From assembly GCA_951406725.2 (NCBI GenBank), contig OX597819.1, positions 8,122,001 through 8,186,000 of the forward strand: a stretch of 64,000 nucleotides of DNA, in the 5' to 3' direction. The translations under genes and the position numbers were made by a program. This document shows, piece by piece, positions 1-14,681 of this stretch. The notes below the pieces were generated by a model. The model searched no databases. It saw only the letters and a list, made by a program, of their open reading frames with translations, and had not been told where the DNA came from. Within the stretch, counting starts at the first letter, position 1, and every line of letters begins with the position of its first letter. The DNA is from Octopus vulgaris. Lineage: Eukaryota.

Positions 1-693
1 GCTTCTGATCTTTAATATGTTGGCCTGGTAGTTTCTTGTTGGTAGGCATTGATCTTGAGCTGCTATGATAAACCCCTCTGTTTCAGATTTTAAGCCAGAG
101 GCCATTAGCCATTGATGGGTCAGGGCTTTATCAACATCTGCATTATTTGCTCTCTTTGGGTATTTGCCATAGAGAGATTTTTCTTGCCATTTATTATTCA
201 GAATATCTAAGGCCGCAGATTTAGCACGGGTTTTCATGCGCTTAGCTTTTTCTGTGCTTGTTTCTTGTATGTCTATCTCTAATTCCGAAATTTGTTGTAT
301 TCGGAATTCACTTAGATATTCCTTTGCCTGTTTTGTTACTGAGTATGATGCTTTCTTGTTTTCATGTTTTGAGACAAGTTTTAACATCCAGTCCTCAGAG
401 TTTTTCAGGTATGTGTTTAGGCCAATTGTAGCAATCTTCATTGTTATTGCCAGTTGTAAAAGTCCACGGCCTCCCTCTTTTCTTGGCAGATAAAGTCGTT
501 CTGTATCTGCCTTAGGGTGGTGCATTCTATGCATTGTCAACAGTTTTCGTATTTTTCTGTCAAGATTACATATTTCAGTAATTGACCAGTTAACGATATT
601 GAAACTGTAAGTCACAACTGGTATGGCTAATGCATTGATCGCTTCGACCCTGTTTCTCGCATTCAGCTCTGTCTTGAGTATTGCTCTTACTCT
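1..693 (-). mobile_element. Dong/R4-clade RLE non-LTR retrotransposon fragment (RT thumb to pre-zinc-knuckle), running off the window edge
   Basis: Manual minus-strand translation is open: RVRAILKTELNARNRVEAINALAIPVVTYSFNIVNW..LDRKIRKLLTMHRMHHPKADTERLYLPRKEGGRGL..WLMASGLKSETEGFIIAAQDQCLPTRNY, typical of Dong/R4. Lies next to an (ATT)n tract. Confidence 0.9.
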
Positions 694-706
694 GCGATAA
701 CATTCT

Positions 707-707
707 C

Positions 708-750
<43 letters not shown>

Positions 751-754
751 CATT

Positions 755-824
<70 letters not shown>

Positions 825-832
825 ACAGCAGC
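707..832. repeat. Compound trinucleotide microsatellite (TTA)n(TCA)n(GCA)n
   Basis: Directly visible. Confidence 0.95.
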
Positions 833-986
833 ATTGTCTTGGAATTGTTCCCCCTTCGCTCTGGGCAAGTTTTATGTTTTTATCTTCTCACTCGCACTGA
901 GAAGTACACTTAAATAAATTAAAAAATTATTACGTTCGACATCCAATACATGATCTTTAGAATTAAATAACCTTATTCATGCTATT

Positions 987-1288
987 GTGGAGGCACATGG
1001 CAAAGTAGTTAGAGCAGCGGATTCGTGGTCGAGGGATCGCGGGTTCAAATCTCAGACCGAGCGATGTGAGTGTCTATGAGCGAAACACCAAAACTCGACG
1101 CGGCTCCGGCAGAAGGTAATGGCGAACCTCTGCTGACTCTTTCGTCACAACTTTCTCTATTTCCATCTGCACCTTACAGCTCACCTGCGACGGACCGGCG
1201 TCTCCTCCAGGTGGGGAACATATACGCCAAGGAAACCGGGAAATCAGCCCTTATGAGCCAGGCATGGCTCAAAAAAGAACAAACAACA
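987..1288 (+). mobile_element. tRNA-derived SINE, diverged relative of family A with a different 3' half
   Basis: Head GTGGAGGCACATGGC..GTAGTTAGAGCAGCGG..GGTTCAAATCTC with A/B boxes. First ~170 bp aligns to family A; tail ends GGCATGGCTCAAAAAAGAACAAACAAC. Confidence 0.75.
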
Positions 1289-1422
1289 TTCATGCTATTG
1301 ATCCTTTTGAGTTATTTCCATTAGTTCTCTATAAACACAGACAAGCACACACACACTCACACACACACACACACACATAAGCACCATTGTGTGTATATCC
1401 GTGTATGTTTATATAGACACGG

Positions 1423-1806
1423 GTGGAGGCGCAATGGCCCAGTGGTTAGGGCAGCGGACTCGCGGTCGTAGGATCGCGGCTTCGATTCCCAGACCGGGCG
1501 TTATGAGTGTTTATTGAGCGAAAACACCTAAAGCTCCACGAGTCTCCGGCAGGGGATGGTGGTGATCCCTGCTGTACTCTTTCACCACAACTTTCTCTCA
1601 CTCTTACTTCCTGTTTCTGTTGTACCTGTATTTCAAAGGGCCGGCCTTGTCACTCTCTGTGTCACGCTGAATATCCCCGAGAACTACGTTAAGGGTGCAC
1701 GTGTCTGTGGAGTGCTCAGCCACTTGCACGTTAATTTCACGAGCAGGCTGTTTCGTTGATTCGGATCAACCGGAACCCTCGTCGTCGTAACCGACGGAGT
1801 GCTTCC
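1423..1806 (+). mobile_element. tRNA-derived SINE family A, full length, 12-bp TSD
   Basis: Pol III A box TGGCCCAGTGG and B-box-like CTTCGATTCC. TSD ATATAGACACGG at 1411-1422 and 1807-1818. Near-identical copies elsewhere in the window. Confidence 0.92.
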
Positions 1807-2016
1807 ATATAGACACGGAGAACAGTCTTATTGCTGTATCGATGTGTGACACTTTCAGATGCGGTATTAGAATACTAGCCAGATGCTGTTAACATGGAGA
1901 TGGTGAAATATGTAATATTCCATCTTGGAGAAAGAAACTTACAAAACCGTTTCATCGGCTATCTCCTTAATCATCTACACATGTGTGACATATGGAAAGG
2001 CGGAATGAAGACGGAA

Positions 2017-3075
<1,059 letters not shown>

Positions 3076-3596
3076 GAACAATAGCCGCTACAAAAACTAT
3101 AGCAAAAACAACCATGAATAAATGTGAAAAACATGATTTAGGAATATGGCGTCGGGGAAAAAAAGAAGGGTAAATGTTATGGCAAAATAGAAGAGCAGAG
3201 ATGTGATAAGATATTGGCATGGGATGTGATATTTTAATATCGAAGCGTAAGGGGGATTACGATTGTGGACTTAAGTTGCTGACTGAATATTTTTGTGGTT
3301 TACGTAACTCATAAACTGCATTAGACTTAACAGTTATGTCGGCTATATAAAATATAGATGGCGCTGGGATTTTTTTGTATTTTGTTAAAGCAAAAACACA
3401 CTGAGATAAAGAGCAGGATTGCGAGGATAGTTGATCTTTGAAGCATGGTGGTTAGGAAGAAAAAAAAAAACGCATTGAAAATAAGGATAATGACTGTCTA
3501 CATACAGAAAAACCATGTTTTTTCGCATCTATATCTAGTGAAGGGACAGCTATGGATTACATTAAGTCTTGATTGAATGAAATTAATGGAAATATT

Positions 3597-4029
3597 ATAT
3601 ACATGCATACATACATACATACATACATACATACATACATACATACATACATGCATACATACATACATACATTCATACATACTTACATACATACATACAT
3701 ACATACATAATACATACATACATACATGCATGCATACATACATACATACATACATACATACATACGTACATACATACATACATACATACATACATACATA
3801 CATACATACATACATACATACATACATACATACATACATGCATGCATGCACACATACATACATACATACATACATACATACATACATACATACATACATA
3901 CATAATACATACATACATACATGCATGCATACATACATACATACATACATACGTGCATGCATACATACATACATACATACATACATACATACATACATAC
4001 ATGCATGCATGCATACATACATACATACA

Positions 4030-4065
<36 letters not shown>

Positions 4066-4178
4066 TATATATGTGTGTCTATGTGTGTGTATGTATGTAT
4101 GTATGTATGTATGTATGTGTGCATGTATGTATGTATGTATGTATGTATGTATGTATGTATGCATGTATGTGTGTATAT
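3597..4178. repeat. (CATA)n followed by its inverse (TATG)n
   Basis: Directly visible. Confidence 0.95.
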
Positions 4179-4949
4179 ATGGAGAAATATTTTAAGAAAA
4201 ATGTATTGTAAAATATTAAAGAAAAATTCTTACTTAAAACACTGAAAAAAATGTCACGAAGAAGGAAACAAAAAATTCCTTCAAGCACAAGAAGTGGAAC
4301 TTGTTAAAGAGTTAAGGAAAAATCCAGATAAGAGATATACATCAGGAAAAAAACCTAACAAGACTTACGCTGCGGTGTCTTGCGTTGTAAGCGATAAGTT
4401 ACAGATAAATCAAGGGTAAACATTTCTTAGAATTTTTTGTTTTTAGACAGGTTCCTTTAGGAAATAAATGATACGACAGAAAACAGCCATTAAACGGTAG
4501 CATTTATGTTTTCGTGTTATTTGATTTGTCAATCTCATGATATATGTCAGATATATCACAGAAGCGAAAATTTAAAGCTCTCTCAGTTATATAGCTTCAA
4601 CAAATGAATATTGCTTAAGTTTCTGCTGCATGTAAGAACGAGTTTGTCTTGAGCTCGGACACCTGAAATTGGCTCAATCGAACCGGAGTCAATTTTTGCC
4701 AGAGTAACCGTATATATACACCGAAATTTCAATGCAACTATTGATAAGTGTTATTGAAACGTCGCTGTTATTGTTGTTAGCCCCAAGTCTGCCATTATCA
4801 AGCAGACTCGTGAGGAAAGGTATTCTGTATTTCGGAATTATATCGGAGTAGATGATCAAATGATTCCATTCATTGTTCAAGAAGCGAAGCTCGATTTGAA
4901 TAGCCCTGCTCACTAGAAACAAATTACACAGAAGAATGAAATTTAGCTA

Positions 4950-5640
4950 AAAGCAAAATAACAGATAAGGTTAAAAAATCCAAGTAACAAAACCAAAACT
5001 GAATACAAAAATTTACTGAAGAAAATATGGTTAAAAACCACTCTGTGGCCAATACGTCGCAAGCACCGGCAAGGAAGTAAGCCAGAATGAAAGCCTTCGA
5101 TGATTAAGCATAACTATGCACAAAAGGTTAACAGTGAAAAAGATGTTGATATTAAGAACAAACTATGCAACAAGCACATTGAAACGGTTCACCACATCAC
5201 ATCACGATGACGGGTCTTTGTCAAGTCCAAATAATTTCAGACATGATTGAATGGACAGATGTGCCTGCAAAGGAATATGGTAACACTTCAAACTGGAAAC
5301 AGATACAAAGTGCTCTAAAAATGTATCAAATATGGTACCATAGCAACAACGTGACCACTATGATCTTTAACATATCACTCTTGACTGATTAGTGGATCAA
5401 ACAAAAATTCAATATTTTGATAAACTTCTCATCAAATCATTGACTGAATGATGTTGATAAAAATAACAAACTACAAAGAAATTAAATTAAAACTAATAAT
5501 TGGAGATAGCTCTGTTTAGCTCACATCCTAGGCAAGACACTTTCATTTCAATAACATTAATAAAACGGGAATAAAAGAATACCTTTATGTAAAATAGGAT
5601 TAAAAGATCATCTTCTAAGTGGAGGCTGTCAGACACATTC
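4950..5640 (+). mobile_element. Highly decayed Dong/R4-like C-terminal fragment
   Basis: KNKLCNKHIETVPHITS near 5155-5205 resembles the CxxC..ETxxHIxSxC knuckle. Many stops; boundaries approximate. Confidence 0.4.
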
Positions 5641-5662
5641 GTCCGCTTGAAATTTTAATAAT

Positions 5663-6116
5663 TTAGTTAGTTAGTTAATTTTTGGCTCAAAAAGCAAAAA
5701 GCAAGGCCATGTAGGGGGACATGGAGTTATGTACAGGGTGGTGTTCATGTAAAGAGTTCAGGCCACTTGTGGTCAAGGGAGACTTTGAACCGAGCGGTCG
5801 TCGGCATCTTCACCATCTCGTTCGGCAGCTTATTCCACGAATCCGCAACCCAGACGGAGAAAGCTCCTCTCCTTCGACTGAGATGAAATCGTCGCAGATA
5901 GAGCTTTTCGGAATGACCCCGCAGCCGACGCTCTGGAGCAGGAGTGAAGAACAGCTCTTTCGAGAGGTTACACTTTCCGCTTATGATGTTGTGAGCAAGA
6001 ATGAGATCACCACGGCGTCGTCGTTTTTCTAGAGAATAAAGGTCGAGCGTCTTCAGCCTTTCTTCATAAGACAAATTCTTGAGACCAAGAACCATGCGGG
6101 TAGCCAGCTTCTGGAC
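5663..6116 (-). mobile_element. CR1-clade LINE 3' end, 5'-truncated, with (TAAC)n tail
   Basis: ORF 5745-6095 LSYEERLKTLDLYSLEKRRRRGDLI..RGHSEKL..FSVWVADSWNKLP..FKVSLD is the canonical CR1 ORF2 C-terminus. Tail reads TTAGTTAGTTAG on plus. Confidence 0.9.
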
Positions 6117-6495
6117 GTATCATACTTAATGTATACACTCCATTGATTTGCCAATGGCTATTTTAATTTGATATTACTGAATTGCGTATACCGAATTTTT
6201 AATAGTAATAACAATTGTTTCTAATTTTGGCGCAGCCAATAATCATTTAGGAGAAGGGATTAGTCGACGGCATTCCCCAAAGCACTTGACTGGCATTTTA
6301 TATTATTGATCCTTAAAGGATGAGAGGCAAAGATGACCTTGGCGGGATTCACACTTTTAAAATAAAGAGATGAAAGAAATACCGGAAGGTGTTTTAATAA
6401 TTTGTTGACATCCGCGGGATATGAACTCGGGACATAATGAAGTGCAGCTAAATAGCAGAAGAAAGTTTTTCCTAGAATTCCATCAACTCTTGCAT

Positions 6496-6585
<90 letters not shown>

Positions 6586-6647
6586 CTTCTTCTTCTTCTT
6601 CTTCTTCTTCTTCTTCTTCTTCTTCTTCTTCTTCTTCTTCTTCTTCG
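6496..6647. repeat. (CTA)n(CTT)n microsatellite
   Basis: Directly visible. Confidence 0.95.
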
Positions 6648-6979
6648 GTATATTTGTGTCTCCTGTTATATTTTTTAGCTACTATTTTGCTGTATTTGAT
6701 CACTTCTAAACATTTCATTTTGTTCTTTCTCTCGTCATGAACAGATACTCTGAATGGTTAAGAAATACTTAATAAACAACCATATCATGTGTTGCCTTTA
6801 TTTTATCCCCGGGGCTGGCCGTGATCGAGCGAAACTCAGATCAAAGGAATTCTAGTCTTTTCGATCCCGTGTTTTTGACTATTCAGTTTTACATCATCCT
6901 ATGTGAAATTCTTTAACAAAACGAATTTCGTAGTTTTTTTTTAATGATTTTAAGACGATTTGATTGCTTTTTCTAACAA

Positions 6980-7376
6980 GGCGCAGGGGTGGCTGTGTGG
7001 TAAGTAGCTTGTTTACCAACCACATGGTTCCGGGTTCAGTACCACTGCGTGGCACCTTGGGCAAGTGTCTTCTACTATAAGCCTCGGGCCGGCCAAAGCC
7101 TTGTGAGTGGATTTGGTAGACGGAAACTGAAAGAAGCCCGTCGTATATATGTATATATATGCGTGTGTGTGTCTGTGTTTGTACCCCTAGCATTGCTTGA
7201 CAACCGATGCTGGTGTGTTTATGTCCCCGTTACTTAGCGGTTCGGCAAAAGAGACCAATAGATTAAGTACTGGGCTTACAAAAGAATAAGTCCCGGGGTT
7301 GATTTGCTCGACTAAAGGCGGTGCTCCAGCATGGCCGCAGTCAAATGACTGAAACAAGTAAAAGAGTAAAAGAGTA
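6980..7376 (+). mobile_element. tRNA-like SINE family B (CORE-like GGCACCTTGGGCAAGTG; tail GGTGCTCCAGCATGGCCGCAGTCAAATGACTGAAACAAG then (TAAAAGAG)n)
   Basis: About 11 full or partial copies in the window; A-box-like TGGCTGTGTGG and B-box-like GGTTCAGT; internal (TA)/(TG) tract. Confidence 0.88.
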
Positions 7377-9199
7377 AGTGCCTCGATCTATCATTCAGTT
7401 CCTGAAAATTGCTCTTTCGAAGGGTTCCATTGTCATAAGAGATCCTATGCTGTGTAGAGGCAACGTGGCTGTATAGAAAACCCAATGGGAGTCTAATGTA
7501 ACCATAATTCATGACACACTACTTTTTAATTACATAAACACTTTCTTAATTGAAGCAAACTTCACACCAAGGCTAATCATGTTTACATTTACTCAATAGT
7601 CGTTGGAGAAGATCTTATTTAAATTAATTTGAAATTAACAATCTCCACAAATATTTCAGACCTAGTCCATTCCATACAAAAGATATTTATTATTTTTAGG
7701 AGCCGATAGCTAGTGGTAGTCAAACGACCTTGGGGGCTTCTTCCCGTCCAACCCACTTTCGTATAGCGTAGATAGTAAAGATAAGCTTCATCTAACGCTG
7801 AATCGAAAACAACTGAATGGAAAATAACCGTGTATCGATTGAATCACCAGATTTAAATGTATGAACAGGTTACCGGTTCTTAACTTTAATCTGAGAGAAT
7901 TATTACATTTGCTGAATGGTAAGCAAGATCGTGGCAACACTATCACAATTTCGAAGATAACATTGATAGCATGTGACAGGGATTACCTTATAGCAATATC
8001 AATGTAGCGTCGTGGTAAGGATATGGATAGGCATAATTTCATAAAACAAAACTAAACTGTGTATAGCATTAAGACTCAATACATTATGTATAAGATCGGT
8101 GGAGCTCTTATCTATTCCACCGTGATCTATTTCAGTTTGTATAACAGAAGCTATACTGTGGAACTGATTTTTATCAAAAACATCACTTATAGGTTGTATG
8201 ATCGTTTCTGGTTGACTCTTACATCAATACAGTAATCATAATTTTATCGTGATAGCTTGATAACGGCTACACTGTGAGCGAAGGATAGCTGTAGTTAAGC
8301 CAAGTTTGTAACCCAGTTTCGATCCCTCGTGTATAACGAGCTTAGTCGTTTTCTTATCAGTAAGGTCAGTGGCAATGACATGAACCTCAAAACCACCCCT
8401 TTACTATCCCTTGAAGCCAAATGACTCAACACTCATCGCTTTTCAATACTATTCATTGCATGGGACTCAGTTATTACCTTGGTTTGAAATAAGTAAGATA
8501 ATTTGGTCGCTGATAGTTACGTAAGGTTCAACTTTATCGAAACGACTTCTACATTTAGAATAGAGAGCCATTTAAATCAATGGTATTCTGAAATATGTTC
8601 AACGGAAAACAGCTATCTGACCTGATCAATAAATTCTCTTCTAATAATTTACACTTACTGCCACCCAGACGGGCTGTCGACCTTTTCGTCTCTTGATCAT
8701 ATCACTTCTGAAAACAAATTTATCGTCTTTTCCGATTAATTATGTATTATAATTAATATAACTTGTCCGGTTGCGCTAAGTAACTGGCCAATTATTTTGT
8801 AGAAAGTAAAAGAAAAAAGAAAACAGACTGGAAAATGAATAAGAAATAAAAAAATTTGTGTCCAATTTGAGTGAGAGGTTTTAGCAGATGTTCTGACGTA
8901 GTTGCTCTGCAAGTGATAGACACATGGGTCAAGTTTTAACTGTTAAGTTCTCTCTGCTTCATTGTCCCAAATAGGCAAAAAGAACTATCTTCATACCATT
9001 TGATGTTGCTCATTCATAATTATTAATTAAAAGGATACCTGGGAATTCAATACTTCGTAAAAGTTATTTTAATTTTGATGCAAAAATTTATAGATCTTCA
9101 TAATATTCCTTGTATAAAAGGTGTTCTTGTAGTTGAGGATGTCTGAAGCATAACAATTGAACTTGATTCTTATTTTAACGCCGAGAGATGCTGCAAGCC

Positions 9200-9990
9200 A
9201 GCAATGTAGGCGCTGTTTTCAGGAAGCTGACAAATACAAAAAAGAAGTCATAGCATCTAACAACTGTGAAGAAAATAAAGAAACAAAAATGCTGTAAAAA
9301 CCTGAAAGCCAAACTAAAACTGGAACAGCAATGTATCCTGCAGAATATGTGGAAATGGAGAAGAAACAATAAATCATATTGTCTCTGACTGCCCAGTCCT
9401 GGCTAAGAAGGAATATATTCACAGACACGACAGAGTCGGGACCTACATACATTGGAAGCTATGCCAACACTACGGAGTAACAACAGAAAAAGGGTGGTAT
9501 AGACACACGTCAGAAAAGGTCACAGAAAATGAGAAAGCAACCAATAATTGTGGGATATACCAATACACACACATAGAGATATTAAGGCCAATATGCCGGA
9601 TATAGTTGTCTGAGTTCACCAAGAGAGAAAATGCTTCCAAATCGATGTATCAATACCAGCAGATAACAATGTTTCTGTAAAAGAAACGGAGGAACTTTCA
9701 AAATACAAAGATTTGGAAATAGGGGTAACTAGAATGTAGAGTCTAAAACCAGAAACAACTCTTATCATAGTAGGCGCAAGATAAATACACAGCAAAAAAC
9801 ACCAGGACTAACAAGGACTAATATACAGAAAATAGTACTATTAGGCACTGCACACATCCTACGTAACAAAAAAACTTTCAATACAGTAAAAGTAAGAGCA
9901 TCACAACAAACCACAGCAATACCCAAGGCACAAAGAGATGAGCTCGGTAATGCAGTGAAAACACGTGATGAAAATACGACTACTGATTAA
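9200..9990 (+). mobile_element. Dong/R4 LINE 3' fragment (CCHC knuckle, PD-(D/E)xK endonuclease, 3'UTR) followed by (AAC)n(AAT)n(AAG)n
   Basis: Translation SCRICGNGEETINHIVSDCPVLAKKEYIHRHDRVGTYIHWKLCQHYG..ANMPDIVV..IDVSIPADNNVSVKETEELSKYKDLEI, with stops and frameshifts. Confidence 0.9.
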
Positions 9991-10006
9991 CAACAACAAC
10001 AAGAGC

Positions 10007-10138
<132 letters not shown>

Positions 10139-10179
10139 AAGAAGAAGACGAAAGATCCATGTAGGGTAGATGCTAAGCA

Positions 10180-11830
10180 GGATGAATGCAAACAACCTGT
10201 GGTTTATGGATGAACTAAAGCTATACGCTAAGTGTGAGAAAGAAATTGAGAGTTTGACGGCAGCTGCGCAGCTGATTATCAAATATATTGGCATGGAATT
10301 TTGGGTTCGAGAAATGTGGTGAAAATGTCGTGCGTTAAAGCAAACCTCGAGAGAGCGGAACAATGGTATGAACACAAGCCCGAAGGAATAATAGAAAAAA
10401 ACATTACAAAATACTCTGGGATTTTAACATGCTGTGCGACCAATTCATGGAAGCAAGACGACCAGATGTCATGCTCATCCATAAGGATGAAAAAGAAGTA
10501 TAATAGATGTTGTAATACTAGGCGATTCGAGGGTAAAATGTAAGGCAATAGAAAAGGTTAAGAAATACCAGCCCCTGCGGGATGAGATAGGAAAGTTATG
10601 GGGCATGAGGAAAGTAATGGTGATCCCGGTGGTAAATCAGTAAAACCCATAGGATCAAACTGGAAAGTTATGAAACTATAAAGGCAGTCAGAGAGGAAGG
10701 ATATAAGTACCTGGGTATCCTTGAAAGAGGTAAGATGAATGAACACGAGATGAAAGAAATGTACAGGAAAGAGTATTTGAGGAGAACTCGGTTTGTGCTC
10801 CAATGGAAGCTAAATGGCCGCTATAAGATTAGAGCAATTAACACGTGGGCGGTTGCTTTGATGAGATATGGCACAGGAATAACATCTTGGAAGAAGCATG
10901 AATTACAAGAGATAGACCGGAGAACCACACCCCAAGAGTGATGTGTCAAGATTGTGTGTAAAGAGGAATGAAAGAGGACGGGGATTGGAGTATTTTGGAC
11001 GTTGTGTACGGGAAGAGGAGAACAGCTTGGCTTGGTGCGTCAAAAGAAGAAATGATTGAAGCAGTGAGAAATGCAGGGAATCGTAAACGTGAACGAAGTC
11101 GTAGATCCGACATCATTTAAGAAAGAATAAAGAGAGCAGATGAAGACATTTTGGCAGCTCTTGAAGCGTAAATATGAGATTGATTGGACACTTAAAACAG
11201 CCCCCTGAAATATAGAAGGCCAAGAAGATATAAAGATAACTGCAGAAATGATGAATGAGCAGTTACAAAAGATACCCAAATTGGAAGAGGCAGAACCGGA
11301 TGGGGTCCAAGGTTATTGGATGAAGAAGCTGAGAGGGCTCCATGAAAGGATAGCCTAACAGCTAGATGAGTGCTTGTAGGAAGGCGCAGTATCCAGCAGA
11401 ATGACAAAAGGAAAGGCATTGTTGTGTGCGAAGGATCCTGAAAAGGGAAATGTTGCACCCAACTTTAGACCCGTAACGTGCTTTCCGCTAATATGGAAAC
11501 TAATGTCAGGTACGTTGGTGAACTGTAGAGATACCTGGAAAACAGTGGTCTGCTACATATTGAACAGAAAAGGGTGCCGAAAGAGGGGCCGGAGAATGAG
11601 GGATCAGCTCTTAATTGATAATCTAATTATCAGGAACTGCAAGAGAAGAGACACAAACCTGAGCATGGCATAGGTTGACCATTGTAAAGCATACGATATG
11701 ATACCACGTTCCTGGATAATAAAAGCAATGGAAATAGATGGAGTAGCAGAAAATATGAGGAACCATATATGGAATAGCATGAAATGCTGGAGAATGGAAT
11801 TGACAGCAAAGAATCAAGTTTTAAAGGCCG
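10180..11830 (+). mobile_element. Dong/R4 LINE pseudo-ORF pieces in scrambled order
   Basis: WFMDELKLYAK (~10200); QWYEHKPE..KILWDF..RRPD..KYQPLRDEI (10350-10630); YKYLGIL..RAINTWAV..HPKSDV (10700-10990); NFRPVTCFP..DQLLID..KAYDMIPRSWI (11400-11820). Confidence 0.85.
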
Positions 11831-11860
11831 CAAGGGCTCCAACAAAACCTGTGATTAAGA

Positions 11861-12599
<739 letters not shown>

Positions 12600-13341
12600 T
12601 TCAATAGCAATAATAATTATTATTTCTGCTATAAGCTCAAGGATTAGGATCTGAACTGCGACAAAGAGTGGCTATAAGAAACATTGTTGCTCGGACGGCT
12701 CTGTCACGTTGCCCTCTAATACTTACGAGGCAGAACGAAAAGAAGTATGTCTTTGCTGCTGCTGTTAACGGTGGAGATTATGATGGGATGGGGATAATAA
12801 TGCAAGAGGTGATGGTGGTGGTGGTGAAAATAGTGGCGATCATGAAAGTGAGGTGATAGTAATGTTAGCTGGCTGGTGGTGGTGGTGGTGGTGGTAGCGG
12901 TACTGGTGGAAATGATGGTAGTTGGGAAGGGAGGTGGTGGCGGTAATAGAGGTAATAGTGTGGTCGTGATAATGATGGAGGAGGGGGTAAGTTGAAACGA
13001 TTGTATTGGTGGTAGTAATGATGCTCGTTGGTTGTGTGATGATAGTAGTGGTGGTGGTGATGGTGGTTGACAGCAGTGGAAGATAGTGACAGTTGTGGTG
13101 GTCGTGGTGGTTGCGGCGGTTACGCTGGTGATTGTGGTGTTGATATTATTTGTGTCTTAAATAATAGTTTACTTGATTGTCGGTTTAGCGTGTGACAACA
13201 TCAGTAAAAAATATTTAGAGGAGAAATTGGTAAATTTGTGGGGAAAATGGAAGCAATGGAACGGAATAGGAAGCTATTAGGAGCGTAGAGAAGAGAAACG
13301 GAAGAGAGGGAGGGAGGGAGAGTAAAGGCAGAAAGAGAGAC

Positions 13342-13380
<39 letters not shown>

Positions 13381-13656
13381 AAAGATGTCGGGGAGACAAA
13401 ATGGCTGATATAGTGACACAGAGACAGGGACAAGTTAAACATATATATACATAGATATATACATACATCAATACGTGCACAGACGTACACTCAAACAAAC
13501 GCGCACACACAGACACACACAGAGAAATATATACAGTCGCACATATATATATATATGTATATACAAGTAAAATGATACATATGTAGGTGTGTATATCTAT
13601 CTATTTATCTGTCTGTCTGTCTGTCTACATGCACATATCTGTAAAACAAAATTGAA

Positions 13657-13805
13657 GTAACTTAGTGGTTCGGCAAAAGAGACCGATAGAATAAGTACTG
13701 GGCTTACAAAGAATAAGTCCCAGGGTCGATTTGCTCGACTAAAGGTTGGTGCTCCAGCATGGCCGCAGTCAAATGACTGAAGCAAGTAAAAGAGTAAAAG
13801 AGTAA
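13657..13805 (+). mobile_element. SINE family B 3' fragment
   Basis: GTAACTTAGTGGTTCGGCAAAAGAGACC..GCTCCAGCATGGCCGCAGTC..TAAAAGAG. Confidence 0.85.
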
Positions 13806-13929
13806 GATATAGGGAGGGCATCATAAAGAGTGTCTGACTGAACAGATAAGAAGTAGGAATCACGATGAGAGGAAGGGAGAGGGATAAATAGATAGAAAGA
13901 CAGACAGGCGTACAGGCAGGCAGACAGGC

Positions 13930-13968
<39 letters not shown>

Positions 13969-14681
13969 GACAGCTTGCCACCTAGCTAGGTGGATGGATG
14001 GATGGATTGATAGATAGACAGATAGATACGGAGAAAGAGAGAATGAGTGAAAGAGAGAGGAAGGGGAAAGAGAAGAAGAAGATGGATGATAGAGAGTCAG
14101 GGAGATGCAACGGAGAAATAAATGCAAGAAAGCAACAAAACAATAGATACGGTCAGTAATAGATGAAATCTTTAATGTGAGTTGTTTTACTATGAGTAAA
14201 GCCAGTCACTGGATCCATATCCAAGAATCAAGTTGCATCTACTCTCACTCCTCCACCTCTCACACCACTTCTTCTTCGCTATCCCTCTCCTTCCGGCTAT
14301 GAGTCAGGTTTGGACACAAAGGCGGCCATTTTTTTATTGTTATTTTCTTGTGGAAACTAAAGGGGGCAGAGAAAGAAAATACTATGATAAAGCAGCTTGA
14401 CTGTCTCAGGGAACCAGCAGGGTCGAATGACAGACAAACTGCGCTGCCGTTGACATAGTTAATTGTGTGAATCTCATCTTAACATAATATTATGCTTACT
14501 ACTCTGTTGCACTGGTGGTGACGTAAAGCAGAGATTATATATACTTAAACATTATTGTTGTGGTGGAAGGGGGATGTAAGGATGCAAGAAAATATATGTG
14601 TATTTATATAAACATAATAAAATTTAATTAAAATATTATATATAAATTTACATAATATTCTTTGTTTATTTTCATCCTTCA

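Noticed and set aside
1423-1500. tRNA genes at SINE heads
   Set aside because: Each continues into a SINE body and lacks a proper acceptor stem.
1507-1759. Recurrent small ORFs MFIERKHLKLHE.. and MVVIPAVLFHH.. that look like a gene family
   Set aside because: They are internal frames of SINE family A copies with Pol III boxes and TSDs.
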